DNA of 64,000 bases, from positions 20,607 through 84,606 of the forward strand of contig CAAFLX010000037.1 in NCBI GenBank assembly GCA_900763875.1, written 5' to 3'. The translations under genes and the position numbers were made by a program. Source of the stretch: Clostridia bacterium. GTDB taxonomy: Bacteria > Bacillota > Clostridia > Christensenellales > CAG-917. The notes below the pieces were generated by a model. The model worked only from the letters and a program-made list of their open reading frames with translations. It searched no databases and was not told the DNA's origin. Numbering within the stretch: the first letter of the stretch is position 1; each line of letters begins with the position of its first letter. Shown here one piece after another: positions 17,843 through 26,359 of the stretch.

Positions 17843-19544
17843 AATTGCCCCGTCCGTCAAAGTCGAAAACTACCGTGGTTGCGTAAGGCTCACGGGCGAG
17901 CTTGACAACTGGGCGGATATCTACAAATGCGGCACTGCTGCCGTGAGCAAAGGCTCTCTTGGTGTGCTCAACGACATCAAGTTGAAAGGTTTCCACGAAG
18001 AACCCAAAAAGCCCACGCTCAAAGACAGCGCGCTTGCGGGGCAAAAACCCGACGTGCTTATCGTCGGCGGCGGCATCGTCGGATGCGCGGTGGCAAGAGA
18101 GCTTTCTCGTTTGAAGCTCGACGTTTTGCTCGTCGAAAAGGCAAACGACGTGGCGGCTGCGGCGTCTTCACGCAACGACGGTTGTATCCACCCCGGCATA
18201 GACTTGCACAAGGGGCAACAAAAACTCAAGTACGTGCTCGAGGGCAACAGAATGTACACAAACCTTGCAAAAGAGCTTGGTTTGTCCTTCAAGCGTTGGG
18301 CGCAAATGTTCATATTCTCCACCGCTTGGGAGAACGCAATCGTTTCGCCGCTCTTCCTTTTGAAGGCGAAAATCCTCGGCGTCGAGGGCGTAAGGCACGT
18401 CACCAAAGAGGAAATCAAGAGAATCGAACCCAATCCGCCTGCATGGGCAAAGGGCGGTATGTATATGGCAAGCGCAGGTATGGTTTCGCCCTACAAGACG
18501 ACGATTGCGCTTTGCGACAACGCAATTCAAAACGGCGCAAGAGTGTCGCTCAACACCTACGTCGAGGGTATGGACGTCAAGGACGGCAAGGTTGTTTGCG
18601 TGCATACAAACCGCGGCGATATCTATCCTCGCGCGGTTGTCAACTGCGCGGGCGTTTACAGCGACGTCATTGCGGATATGGCAGGTGACAGAACTTTCAC
18701 CATTCACCCAAGAAAAGGCACGGACATCATTCTCGACAAAAAGAAAGTCGGCTATGCGCTCTCGTCCTATGCAAGAAGTTATTTCGCACCCCTGCCCAAG
18801 GAGGCTCGCCCCGACAAAAACGAGGAGGTCGGACACACCAAGGGCGGCGGCGTTATGCGCACGATAGACGGCAATATTTTGGTCGGGCCGGACGCACACG
18901 AAGTGCCCTCGAGAGAGGACTATTCCACAAGCATCAGGGACATCGACAACATCATCAAAAAGCAAAAACTCGCCCAACCTATGCTCAACAAGGGCGATAT
19001 CATAACCTATTTTTCGGGTACGCGCGCTGCAACCTATGAAGAAGATTTCGTGGTCAGACGCGGCATTTTCACCAAGAACGTTTACGAGGCGGCAGGCATT
19101 CAATCGCCGGGCATCACCGCCGCTCCCGCCATTGCGGTTGACATAAAAAACTGGATTAAAGAGGATTTGCACGCAGAGGATAACCCCACGTTCAACCCCG
19201 TTTATAAGCATACTCCGAGGCTTGCAAACCTCAAAGACGAGGAAAGAGCGAAATACATCGCCAAAAACCCCGAATACGGCGAAATTATCTGCCGCTGTGA
19301 GGAAGTGAGCAAGGGCGAGATTATCGACGCGCTCGAAAGTCCGCTCAAAGTCGCAACCATCGACGGCATCAAGCGCAGAGTGCGCCCCGGTATGGGAAGA
19401 TGTCAAGGCGGTTTCTGCTCTCCGCTCGTTGCGAAAATCATTGCCGAGCACGAGGGTATAGCAATCGAGGACGTTCTCAAAGGCGACGAGGGCAGCGTCA
19501 TCGTCTACGGAAACACCAAGGGCAATGCCAAGGAGGAAAACTGA
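17808..19544 (+). CDS. GlpA-like FAD-dependent dehydrogenase with BFD-like [2Fe-2S] domain and about 75-aa BON-like N-terminal extension
   Basis: Dinucleotide fold VLIVGGGIVGCAVAREL. C-terminal CRCEEVSKGEI...GMGRCQGGFC. The ATG overlaps the upstream gene by 35 nt, with GAGGGA upstream. Confidence 0.75.
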   Translation: MNLAKIRRAVNKIAPSVKVENYRGCVRLTGELDNWADIYKCGTAAVSKGSLGVLNDIKLKGFHEEPKKPTLKDSALAGQKPDVLIVGGGIVGCAVARELSRLKLDVLLVEKANDVAAAASSRNDGCIHPGIDLHKGQQKLKYVLEGNRMYTNLAKELGLSFKRWAQMFIFSTAWENAIVSPLFLLKAKILGVEGVRHVTKEEIKRIEPNPPAWAKGGMYMASAGMVSPYKTTIALCDNAIQNGARVSLNTYVEGMDVKDGKVVCVHTNRGDIYPRAVVNCAGVYSDVIADMAGDRTFTIHPRKGTDIILDKKKVGYALSSYARSYFAPLPKEARPDKNEEVGHTKGGGVMRTIDGNILVGPDAHEVPSREDYSTSIRDIDNIIKKQKLAQPMLNKGDIITYFSGTRAATYEEDFVVRRGIFTKNVYEAAGIQSPGITAAPAIAVDIKNWIKEDLHAEDNPTFNPVYKHTPRLANLKDEERAKYIAKNPEYGEIICRCEEVSKGEIIDALESPLKVATIDGIKRRVRPGMGRCQGGFCSPLVAKIIAEHEGIAIEDVLKGDEGSVIVYGNTKGNAKEEN

Positions 19545-19545
19545 T

Positions 19546-20793
19546 ATGCGCAATTATGACGTAGTGGTTATAGGCGGCGGCCCTGCAGGTTTGTCTGCGG
19601 CGCAAAGCGCGTGCCAAAAGGGCGGCAAAGTCGCAATCATCGAAAGAGAGGCTCGCCTCGGCGGAATCTTGAAACAATGCGTCCACGACGGTTTCGGACT
19701 CATTCGTTTCGGCGAAAAGCTCGCAGGCCCCGAATATAGCGAAAGATACATCGATTTCGTCAAGGAACTTGACATCGACACGTTCACTTTCACTTTCGTG
19801 ACGAGAGTTGAAAAGAAGGACGGCGGTTTTGAAATCACCGCAGTGTCCAAGGACGGCATAGAAAAATTCTTCACCAAAGCAATCGTGCTTGCAACGGGTT
19901 GCAGAGAGCGCACCGCAAAGCAAGTGCTCATTCAAGGCACTCGCCCCGCAGGCGTGTTTACGGCAGGTACGGCGCAAAACTTTGTCAACTTGCAAGGCAA
20001 GCTCCCCACCAAAAAGTGCGTGATTTTGGGCAGCGGCGACATCGGACTCATTATGGCAAGACGTCTTACGCTCGAAGGCGCAGAGGTCGAGGGCGTGTAC
20101 GAAGTCAAACCCACCCCCAGCGGACTTACGAGAAACATTCATCAATGCTTGCACGATTTCAACATTCCGCTCCACCTCTCCCACACCGTGACGAGAGTGT
20201 TCGGCGCAGACAGATTGGAAGCGGTCGAAGTTGCAAAGGTCGATGACAAAATGCAACCCATTCACGGCACTGAAAGACGTATCGAGTGCGACGCGCTCAT
20301 TCTTTCGGTCGGACTTATCCCCGAAAACGAACTTGCCGAATCTCTCGGCGTAAAAATCAATCCTTTCACCAAGGGAGCGGACTGCGACCAAACGTATATG
20401 TCGTCCATTGACGGCGTGTTCTCGGCAGGCAACGCGCTCAACGTGTTCGACCTTGTGGACTATGTTTCCGAATGTGCAAAGGACGCAGGCGCAAACTCGG
20501 TCGGTTTCAAGCCGTCGGGCAAGAGCGTGCGCATAGAAAAGGGCAAGGGACTTTTGAGTTTTGTGCCTCATAGAATCGATTTGAGCAAGCCTTGCGACAA
20601 AGTTGTGTTCTTCTTCCGCGCCGCAAAGGATATGGACAAGGCAACCTTGTACGTCAGCGTGGACGGCAACGAGGCGTTCAAAAAGAACTTCGCTTTCTTG
20701 CGCCCGCCCGAAATGCAACGTATCGAACTTGATTTTGCCTCTTTCGGCATCAAAGAGGGAAGCAAAGTGGAAGTCAGAGTGGAGGAAAGATAA
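19546..20793 (+). CDS. GlpB-like pyridine nucleotide-disulfide (FAD/NAD) oxidoreductase
   Basis: VVVIGGGPAGLSAA and a second GSGDIGL fold. AAGGAGGA precedes ATG 19546, one nt after the upstream stop. Confidence 0.7.
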   Translation: MRNYDVVVIGGGPAGLSAAQSACQKGGKVAIIEREARLGGILKQCVHDGFGLIRFGEKLAGPEYSERYIDFVKELDIDTFTFTFVTRVEKKDGGFEITAVSKDGIEKFFTKAIVLATGCRERTAKQVLIQGTRPAGVFTAGTAQNFVNLQGKLPTKKCVILGSGDIGLIMARRLTLEGAEVEGVYEVKPTPSGLTRNIHQCLHDFNIPLHLSHTVTRVFGADRLEAVEVAKVDDKMQPIHGTERRIECDALILSVGLIPENELAESLGVKINPFTKGADCDQTYMSSIDGVFSAGNALNVFDLVDYVSECAKDAGANSVGFKPSGKSVRIEKGKGLLSFVPHRIDLSKPCDKVVFFFRAAKDMDKATLYVSVDGNEAFKKNFAFLRPPEMQRIELDFASFGIKEGSKVEVRVEER

Positions 20794-21128
20794 TGGAACT
20801 TGTATGTATCGTATGCCCGCGCGGGTGTAGAATCAAAATAGAAGACGGCGTTGTGAGCGGCAATAGCTGCAAAAGAGGCGAGGCGTTTGCTTTGAGCGAA
20901 ACCACTTGCCCCATGCGTTCTATCTGCTCGACAGTCGCAACCACGTTTGCCGATTATCCCGTGCTCCCAGTGAGGACGGAGGGCGAAATCCCCAAAGACA
21001 AAATCGGCGAGCTTATGAAACAAATCAACCAAGTCGTCGTCAGCGAAAAATTGCATAGAGGCGACGTTGTCATCAAGGGCGTTTGCGGCACTGACGTGAA
21101 CCTCATCGCAACCGCCAGCATTTGTTAA
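20793..21128 (+). CDS. DUF1667-domain protein (third subunit of the GlpA/GlpB-like module)
   Basis: CIVCPRGCRI...GNSCKRGEAF...E...P.R pattern. The ATG shares one nt with the upstream TAA. Confidence 0.7.
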   Translation: MELVCIVCPRGCRIKIEDGVVSGNSCKRGEAFALSETTCPMRSICSTVATTFADYPVLPVRTEGEIPKDKIGELMKQINQVVVSEKLHRGDVVIKGVCGTDVNLIATASIC

Positions 21129-21144
21129 TCTAGGACAAACAAAG

Positions 21145-21172
21145 CGCAAAGCGGACGGGAAACCGCTTTGCG
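21145..21172 (+). other. intra-operon hairpin without T-run
   Basis: CGCAAAGCGG 21145-21154 / CCGCTTTGCG 21163-21172. No U-tract, so more likely a processing or stability element than a terminator. Confidence 0.4.
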
Positions 21173-21190
21173 ACAAATAAAAGGAAAATT

Positions 21191-22765
21191 ATGAGAGAAC
21201 CACTTGTACTTACCATTGATTTCGGCACGCAGAGCGTGCGCGCAATGCTTTTCGACAAGCACGGCAAGGACTACGGCAAAGTCAAAGTCCACTTCAAACA
21301 GCCATATTTTTCAAAGGAAATAGGCTGGGCGGAACAAACCCCCGAATTTTATTGGGACAAGCTCAAAGAGGCAACAAACGGGCTTAAAGAGCAATGCTCC
21401 GACATTTGGGACGACATAGAGGGCGTGTCGGTCACCACCATTCGCGATACGGCAGTCATCGTGGACAAGGACGGCAAACCCTTGCGCGACATCATACTTT
21501 GGCTCGACCAAAGAGAGGTCAAGGACGCCGACAAAACGAGATTCGGCAAAGGATTCAAAGCCCTTTTGCGTATGCTCAACCTCTACGACCTCGCGGCGGC
21601 GCAATGCAAAGTTTCCGCCTGCAACTGGGTGCACGAATACGAGCCTGAAATTTGGGCAAAAATGCACAAATTTTTGATGTTCTCGGCGTGGATAACTTTC
21701 CGTCTTACGGGCGTTATGAAAGACTCCGTTGCCAACCAAATCGGACACATTCCGTTTGACTACAAAAACAAAACCTGGCAATCGCCAAAGGCAATCACCG
21801 CTCCGATATTCGACCTCAAAGCCAAAAATATGTGCGACCTCGTCGAGCCGGGCACGATTGTCGGCTATATCACAAAAGAGGCGAGTGCCGACCTCGGCAT
21901 AAAAGAGGGCATACCCGTGATTGCGTCCGGCTCGGACAAGGGCTGTGAAACGCTCGGCTCGGGCTGCGTCGATTCAACGGGCGCATCGCTGTCGCTTGGC
22001 ACGACCGCAACCGTGCAAATGACCACGGACAAGTATATCGAAACAGAGCCTTTCGTGCCGACCTATCCTGCCGTTTTGTCGGGCAAGTACAATCCCGAAA
22101 TCGAGATTTTCCGCGGATATTGGATGATATCTTGGTTCAAAAACGAGTTTGCGCACAAGGAAGTGAGAGAGGCGGAGATGCTGGGCGTTTCGGCAGAGGA
22201 GCTTTTGAACAGACACCTCAAAGACGTCCCGGCAGGCTGTGAAGGCTTGATTTTGCAACCATACTGGACGCCGGGCATCAAGCACCCGACTGCAAGAGGC
22301 GCAATCCTCGGATTTGCGGATTGCCACACCAGAGCGCACATATACAGAGCCATCATCGAGGGCATCGCATACGGTCTTTACGACGGACTTTTGTCCATAC
22401 AGCGCAAGACCAAAATCGACGTCAAATTTATCGCCGTTTCGGGCGGCGGAAGTATGAGCGACGAGATTTGCCAAATCACCGCCAACGTTATGGGCATACC
22501 CGTAAGGCGCGCGCAAACCTATGAAACGTCCTCTTTGGGCGCGGCAATCACCGCGTTCACGGGGCTTGGAATTTACAAGTCTTTTGAAGACGCGGCAAAG
22601 AATATGGTGCACGTATCGTCCGAGTTCAAACCCGATATGAAAGAGCACGAGCTTTACGAGAAACTCTATCGCAGAATCTATCGTAGAATTTATCCCAACA
22701 ACAAGCGTCTTTATGACGATTTGCGACACATTTTGCGCGAATCGAAAGCGGACGGCAAAAAATAA
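21191..22765 (+). CDS. FGGY-family carbohydrate/polyol kinase
   Basis: LTIDFGTQSVRAMLFD N-terminal phosphate-1 motif and C-terminal GGGS..D region. Not a canonical GlpK N-terminus. Confidence 0.75.
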   Translation: MREPLVLTIDFGTQSVRAMLFDKHGKDYGKVKVHFKQPYFSKEIGWAEQTPEFYWDKLKEATNGLKEQCSDIWDDIEGVSVTTIRDTAVIVDKDGKPLRDIILWLDQREVKDADKTRFGKGFKALLRMLNLYDLAAAQCKVSACNWVHEYEPEIWAKMHKFLMFSAWITFRLTGVMKDSVANQIGHIPFDYKNKTWQSPKAITAPIFDLKAKNMCDLVEPGTIVGYITKEASADLGIKEGIPVIASGSDKGCETLGSGCVDSTGASLSLGTTATVQMTTDKYIETEPFVPTYPAVLSGKYNPEIEIFRGYWMISWFKNEFAHKEVREAEMLGVSAEELLNRHLKDVPAGCEGLILQPYWTPGIKHPTARGAILGFADCHTRAHIYRAIIEGIAYGLYDGLLSIQRKTKIDVKFIAVSGGGSMSDEICQITANVMGIPVRRAQTYETSSLGAAITAFTGLGIYKSFEDAAKNMVHVSSEFKPDMKEHELYEKLYRRIYRRIYPNNKRLYDDLRHILRESKADGKK

Positions 22766-22843
22766 CAAAAAATATAAAAATGAATAAATCGCAACTTTAT
22801 CTTGTATGTTTTGACGGATAAAGTCGCAATTTGGAGGAAAACT

Positions 22844-24556
22844 ATGTCAAAACCCTACAAAGACTTTGAGCCAAAATGGATTACAAACGCACCCAATCCC
22901 AGATCCTTCCGCGCCATTATGAAATGGGGCGATCCCAACTTCTACAAAGCACCCAAAGAGGGACTTTTCAAGCTCATCAAAAGCCAATTCTCTCTGACCG
23001 ACGACGACTTCAAAACTATGGTCGATACGGGGGAAGAGCTTGTTGACGTGCATGTCGAGAGTGCGCTCACCAAGGAGCAAATCGACGCAATCAACGTCAT
23101 CGTCGGGCCTCAAAACGCAACCACCGACGACTTTGAAAGAGTGCGCCTTGCCTATGGCAAAACCATGATTGACATTATGCGTTTGAGAAAGGGCATCGTC
23201 GAAAACGTGCCCGACATCGTGGTTTATCCCACCGACAAAACTCAAATCGAAAACCTCGTCAAATATGCAGACGCAAACGGCATCAAGGTGTACGTGCACG
23301 CAGGCGGCTCGTCCGTTACGCGCGGTACAGAACCTATGGTCAGCCCCAATATGATGATTGACATCAGCAAAAACTTCAACAAGGTTATTGCGTTCAACGA
23401 AGTCAACCAAACAATCACCGTTCAACCGGGCATCAGCGGCCCGCAACTTGAAGATATCCTAAACCACGCTCCCGAAAACTTCGGCACTACAAAGAGATAC
23501 ACCTGCGGACACTTCCCGCAATCGTTTGAGTACTCCTGCGTTGGCGGCTGGGTTGTCACAAGAGGATCGGGACAAAACTCTACCTACTACGGCTGCGCGG
23601 CGGACATCGTCCTCAAACAAGAGTACGTCACCCCCATCGGCGTCATCAAATCGGACGGTGCGCCGAGAAAGGCAACGGGCCCGGACATCGACCAAATTAT
23701 GATGGGCAGCGAGGGCACGTTCGGCATCCTCACCGAGGTCACGCTCAAAGTGTTCAACCTCTCCAAAAAGCACAAGAAATTCTCCTTTATGTTCCCCACT
23801 TGGGAGGACGGCATGGCGGTTATGAGAGAAGTTATGCAAGGCGAATTCGGTCATCCGTCGGCATTCCGTCTTTCGGACGCAGAGGAAACGGATATGATGT
23901 CCCATATGTACGGAATCATCGGCTCTCCGCTTGAACCGTTGCTTGCGGCAAAGGGCTACAAACAACATTCGAGATGCTTGCTCCTCGGCTTCTGCGACGG
24001 CGAGAGCGGACTTCAAAAGAACATCTACCGCAACGTCCGCAAGATTGCAAGAAAGCATCACGGACTCTACCTCACGGGCTACGTCACCACGGCTTGGGAG
24101 CACGGCAGATTCAACGACCCGTACCTTCGCGACACCATTCAAGACTACGGCATCATCATCGACACCCTCGAGTGCGCCGTCAACTGGGACAATATGGCTC
24201 AAGTTCACGACGACGTGAGAAAGGTTGTCAAGGCGTGGCCGAACGCAATTTGCACTTGCCACATCTCGCACAGCTATCCGCAAGGCGCAAACCTCTACTT
24301 CATCTTCATCATCAAGACCACCGACCTCGACGCATTCAAGAAGTATCACAGCTCCATTTTGGAGGCAATTATGAAGTCGGGCGCGGCACTTTCGCACCAT
24401 CACGGCATCGGCAAACTCTTTGCGCCGTTCCTCGAAGGCTCGATCGGAAGCGAACAACTCAAAGTGTACAAGGCGCTCAAAGCATACTTTGACCCCAACT
24501 ACACGCTCAATCCGGGCGGAACGCTTGCTCTTGACGAGCATCCTGCCAACTTCTAA
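22844..24556 (+). CDS. FAD-linked oxidase of the alkyl-dihydroxyacetonephosphate synthase (AGPS) type
   Basis: GGAGG before ATG 22844. N-terminal MKWGDP region, PCMH-type FAD domain. C-terminal SHHHGIGK...YFDPNYTLNPG carries HHH where GlcD-type enzymes have GEHG. Confidence 0.65.
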   Translation: MSKPYKDFEPKWITNAPNPRSFRAIMKWGDPNFYKAPKEGLFKLIKSQFSLTDDDFKTMVDTGEELVDVHVESALTKEQIDAINVIVGPQNATTDDFERVRLAYGKTMIDIMRLRKGIVENVPDIVVYPTDKTQIENLVKYADANGIKVYVHAGGSSVTRGTEPMVSPNMMIDISKNFNKVIAFNEVNQTITVQPGISGPQLEDILNHAPENFGTTKRYTCGHFPQSFEYSCVGGWVVTRGSGQNSTYYGCAADIVLKQEYVTPIGVIKSDGAPRKATGPDIDQIMMGSEGTFGILTEVTLKVFNLSKKHKKFSFMFPTWEDGMAVMREVMQGEFGHPSAFRLSDAEETDMMSHMYGIIGSPLEPLLAAKGYKQHSRCLLLGFCDGESGLQKNIYRNVRKIARKHHGLYLTGYVTTAWEHGRFNDPYLRDTIQDYGIIIDTLECAVNWDNMAQVHDDVRKVVKAWPNAICTCHISHSYPQGANLYFIFIIKTTDLDAFKKYHSSILEAIMKSGAALSHHHGIGKLFAPFLEGSIGSEQLKVYKALKAYFDPNYTLNPGGTLALDEHPANF

Positions 24557-24565
24557 ATCTCGTTG

Positions 24566-24602
24566 CAAGGCTACGGCACGTCGTCGTAGCCTTGTCTTTT
24601 TG
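24566..24602 (+). terminator. operon terminator
   Basis: CAAGGCTACG 24566-24575 / CGTAGCCTTG 24585-24594, then TCTTTTT. Confidence 0.8.
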
Positions 24603-24797
24603 TTGGGGAGAACGACAAAAACGCAGATATATTCGGCAAATTGCGCACTTGCACAAGTTTGCATACGTTCACGCTTTGCAATCGCACACTTTGACATTCG
24701 TTCACAAAAGAGTATGAGCATATGCGCATATTTGCATATATAAACACGTTTGCGTTGCTGGCGCAATAGGCACGCCGAGTGCCGCAATGAGGAGGAT

Positions 24798-25595
24798 ATG
24801 TCCAAAAAGATTTTCGATAGCAAATGGCTTTATTGCGTTTTTATATGCCTTGCCGTTTTGAACGTCGCTTTCGTGTTGCATATTTGTTGCTCCTACGAGG
24901 CGTTGATTCGCCCGATTCTTGCACGCCTCATCGAGGAAAACAAGATAGGGAACACCATTGACGGCGCAAATTGGCTTGCTTATTTCACAGTGCAATCCAA
25001 TCTTTTTGTGTCAATTTGGTTTTTGCTTTGGTCGATTGGCAAACTATGCGGGGCGGACACTCTCGTGCGCGCGTGTCAAAACCATACGCTTGCAACTTGC
25101 GTGACGCTCTACATCTTCGCAACGGGACTTCTTTACACCTGCTCGACGCTATTTGGTATAAGGTGGTTTGACAAAACCGACGGCGGTGCAATCGTCAACA
25201 ACGTCGTCAACGTCTATCACCATTTTATCATACCGCCGCTTACGCTAATCGTCTATTTTTGCATGCCCGTCAGCGGTTATAAATCTCCAAAGGACACCGC
25301 AATGATTGCAATGCTCTATCCGCTTGCCTATCTTGCCTTTTCTCTATTCAGGGGCAAAGCCCTCGATTGGTATGCCTATCCCATATTCCGTCCCGAAACG
25401 CTATGGTCGGCGGTTTTCCCTCAAAAACCCTATGCCTACGTGCCGGCGGTATTTCTGCTTTTTTGCGAAATGATGTTGCTTGCGCTCGGCTTTTTCCTTT
25501 GCGCCTACGTTATGACGTCACTTCAAAACATACGATACACTCGCCGCTTTTCAAAATACCCCTATGTTTCGGAGCGTGCCGAAATCGTCGAATGA
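24798..25595 (+). CDS. polytopic membrane protein, Pr6Pr-like
   Basis: GAGGAGG before ATG 24798. Six or more hydrophobic helices. YFTVQSN motif resembles the Pr6Pr / FAR-17a-AIG1-like family. Tentative. Confidence 0.5.
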   Translation: MSKKIFDSKWLYCVFICLAVLNVAFVLHICCSYEALIRPILARLIEENKIGNTIDGANWLAYFTVQSNLFVSIWFLLWSIGKLCGADTLVRACQNHTLATCVTLYIFATGLLYTCSTLFGIRWFDKTDGGAIVNNVVNVYHHFIIPPLTLIVYFCMPVSGYKSPKDTAMIAMLYPLAYLAFSLFRGKALDWYAYPIFRPETLWSAVFPQKPYAYVPAVFLLFCEMMLLALGFFLCAYVMTSLQNIRYTRRFSKYPYVSERAEIVE

Positions 25596-25602
25596 AAAAG
25601 AA

Positions 25603-25630
25603 AAATCGCACCGAGGGTGCGATTTGGTTT
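25603..25630 (+). terminator. rho-independent terminator
   Basis: AAATCGCACC / GGTGCGATTT with a 3-nt loop. Confidence 0.6.
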
Positions 25631-25710
25631 GACAAAGCGTGAAAACACTTGCCGACAGTCATTGAATATTTGAGGGGGATTATCAAGGCATTTTTGCTCG
25701 ATTTGCAACG

Positions 25711-25742
25711 GAACAAAATTCCGCTTGCGGCGCAAGCGGAAT
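25711..25742 (-). terminator. spoVG terminator
   Basis: CCGCTTGC 25721-25728 / GCAAGCGG 25732-25739, followed on the minus strand by TTTTGTT. Confidence 0.7.
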
Positions 25743-25760
25743 AATTATATGCCCGCTTTT

Positions 25761-26036
25761 TTATTCGGCAGGTTGCTCCTCCACCGCCTTTTTGTATGCG
25801 TCAAGCACCTTGACTTTGAACAGCTCGCGCGTTTCGGTGTTGATGGGGTGGACGATGTCTTTATACTCTCCGTCTGGAGTTTTTCTTGAGGGCATAGCGA
25901 TAAATTCGCCGCCTTCGCCTTCGACGATTTTGATGTCGTGCACGGCAAAGCAACCGTCAATCACGAGGGACGCAACTGCTTTGAGTTTGCCGGCGTCTTG
26001 GCTGACAAGTCTAATCCTAACGTCTGAAATTTCCAT
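25761..26036 (-). CDS. spoVG: septation protein SpoVG
   Basis: MEISDVRIRLV...KLKAVASLVIDGCFAVHDIKIVEG..G.FIAMPSRK is the canonical SpoVG sequence. AAGGAG lies upstream. Confidence 0.95.
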   Translation of the reverse strand: MEISDVRIRLVSQDAGKLKAVASLVIDGCFAVHDIKIVEGEGGEFIAMPSRKTPDGEYKDIVHPINTETRELFKVKVLDAYKKAVEEQPAE

Positions 26037-26359
26037 AACTATCTCCTTGTATGGTTTTTATCATCATATCACGGATTTGGCAAATAGACAATACTTATTT
26101 GAAAAAGTGTAGGATAAAACCGAAAATTATCATCAAATGTTGCTTATTTTTCGACATTTTTTGCAAAAAAAAGAACAGTGAATCCACTCAAATTTGAACG
26201 CACATAGAGAGTTTATATAGTTAAAGCGCATATTTTACAAGAAGAATTGGTTTTCAAAAAAGCGGTGCAGAGTATGCGAAAATCTTTGTTATCGGTTCAA
26301 TTTTATCGCACGTTTTATAAAATCATAACAACAAATTCGACGAATACATATATTGAAAT

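Noticed and set aside
18168-24823. Long antisense ORFs: 18168..19553, 19498..20718, 21974..22768 and 23459..24823.
   Set aside because: Each is opposite a gene with unambiguous enzyme motifs. Their products are Arg/Val/His-rich low-complexity sequences typical of antisense frames in about 50-55% GC coding DNA.
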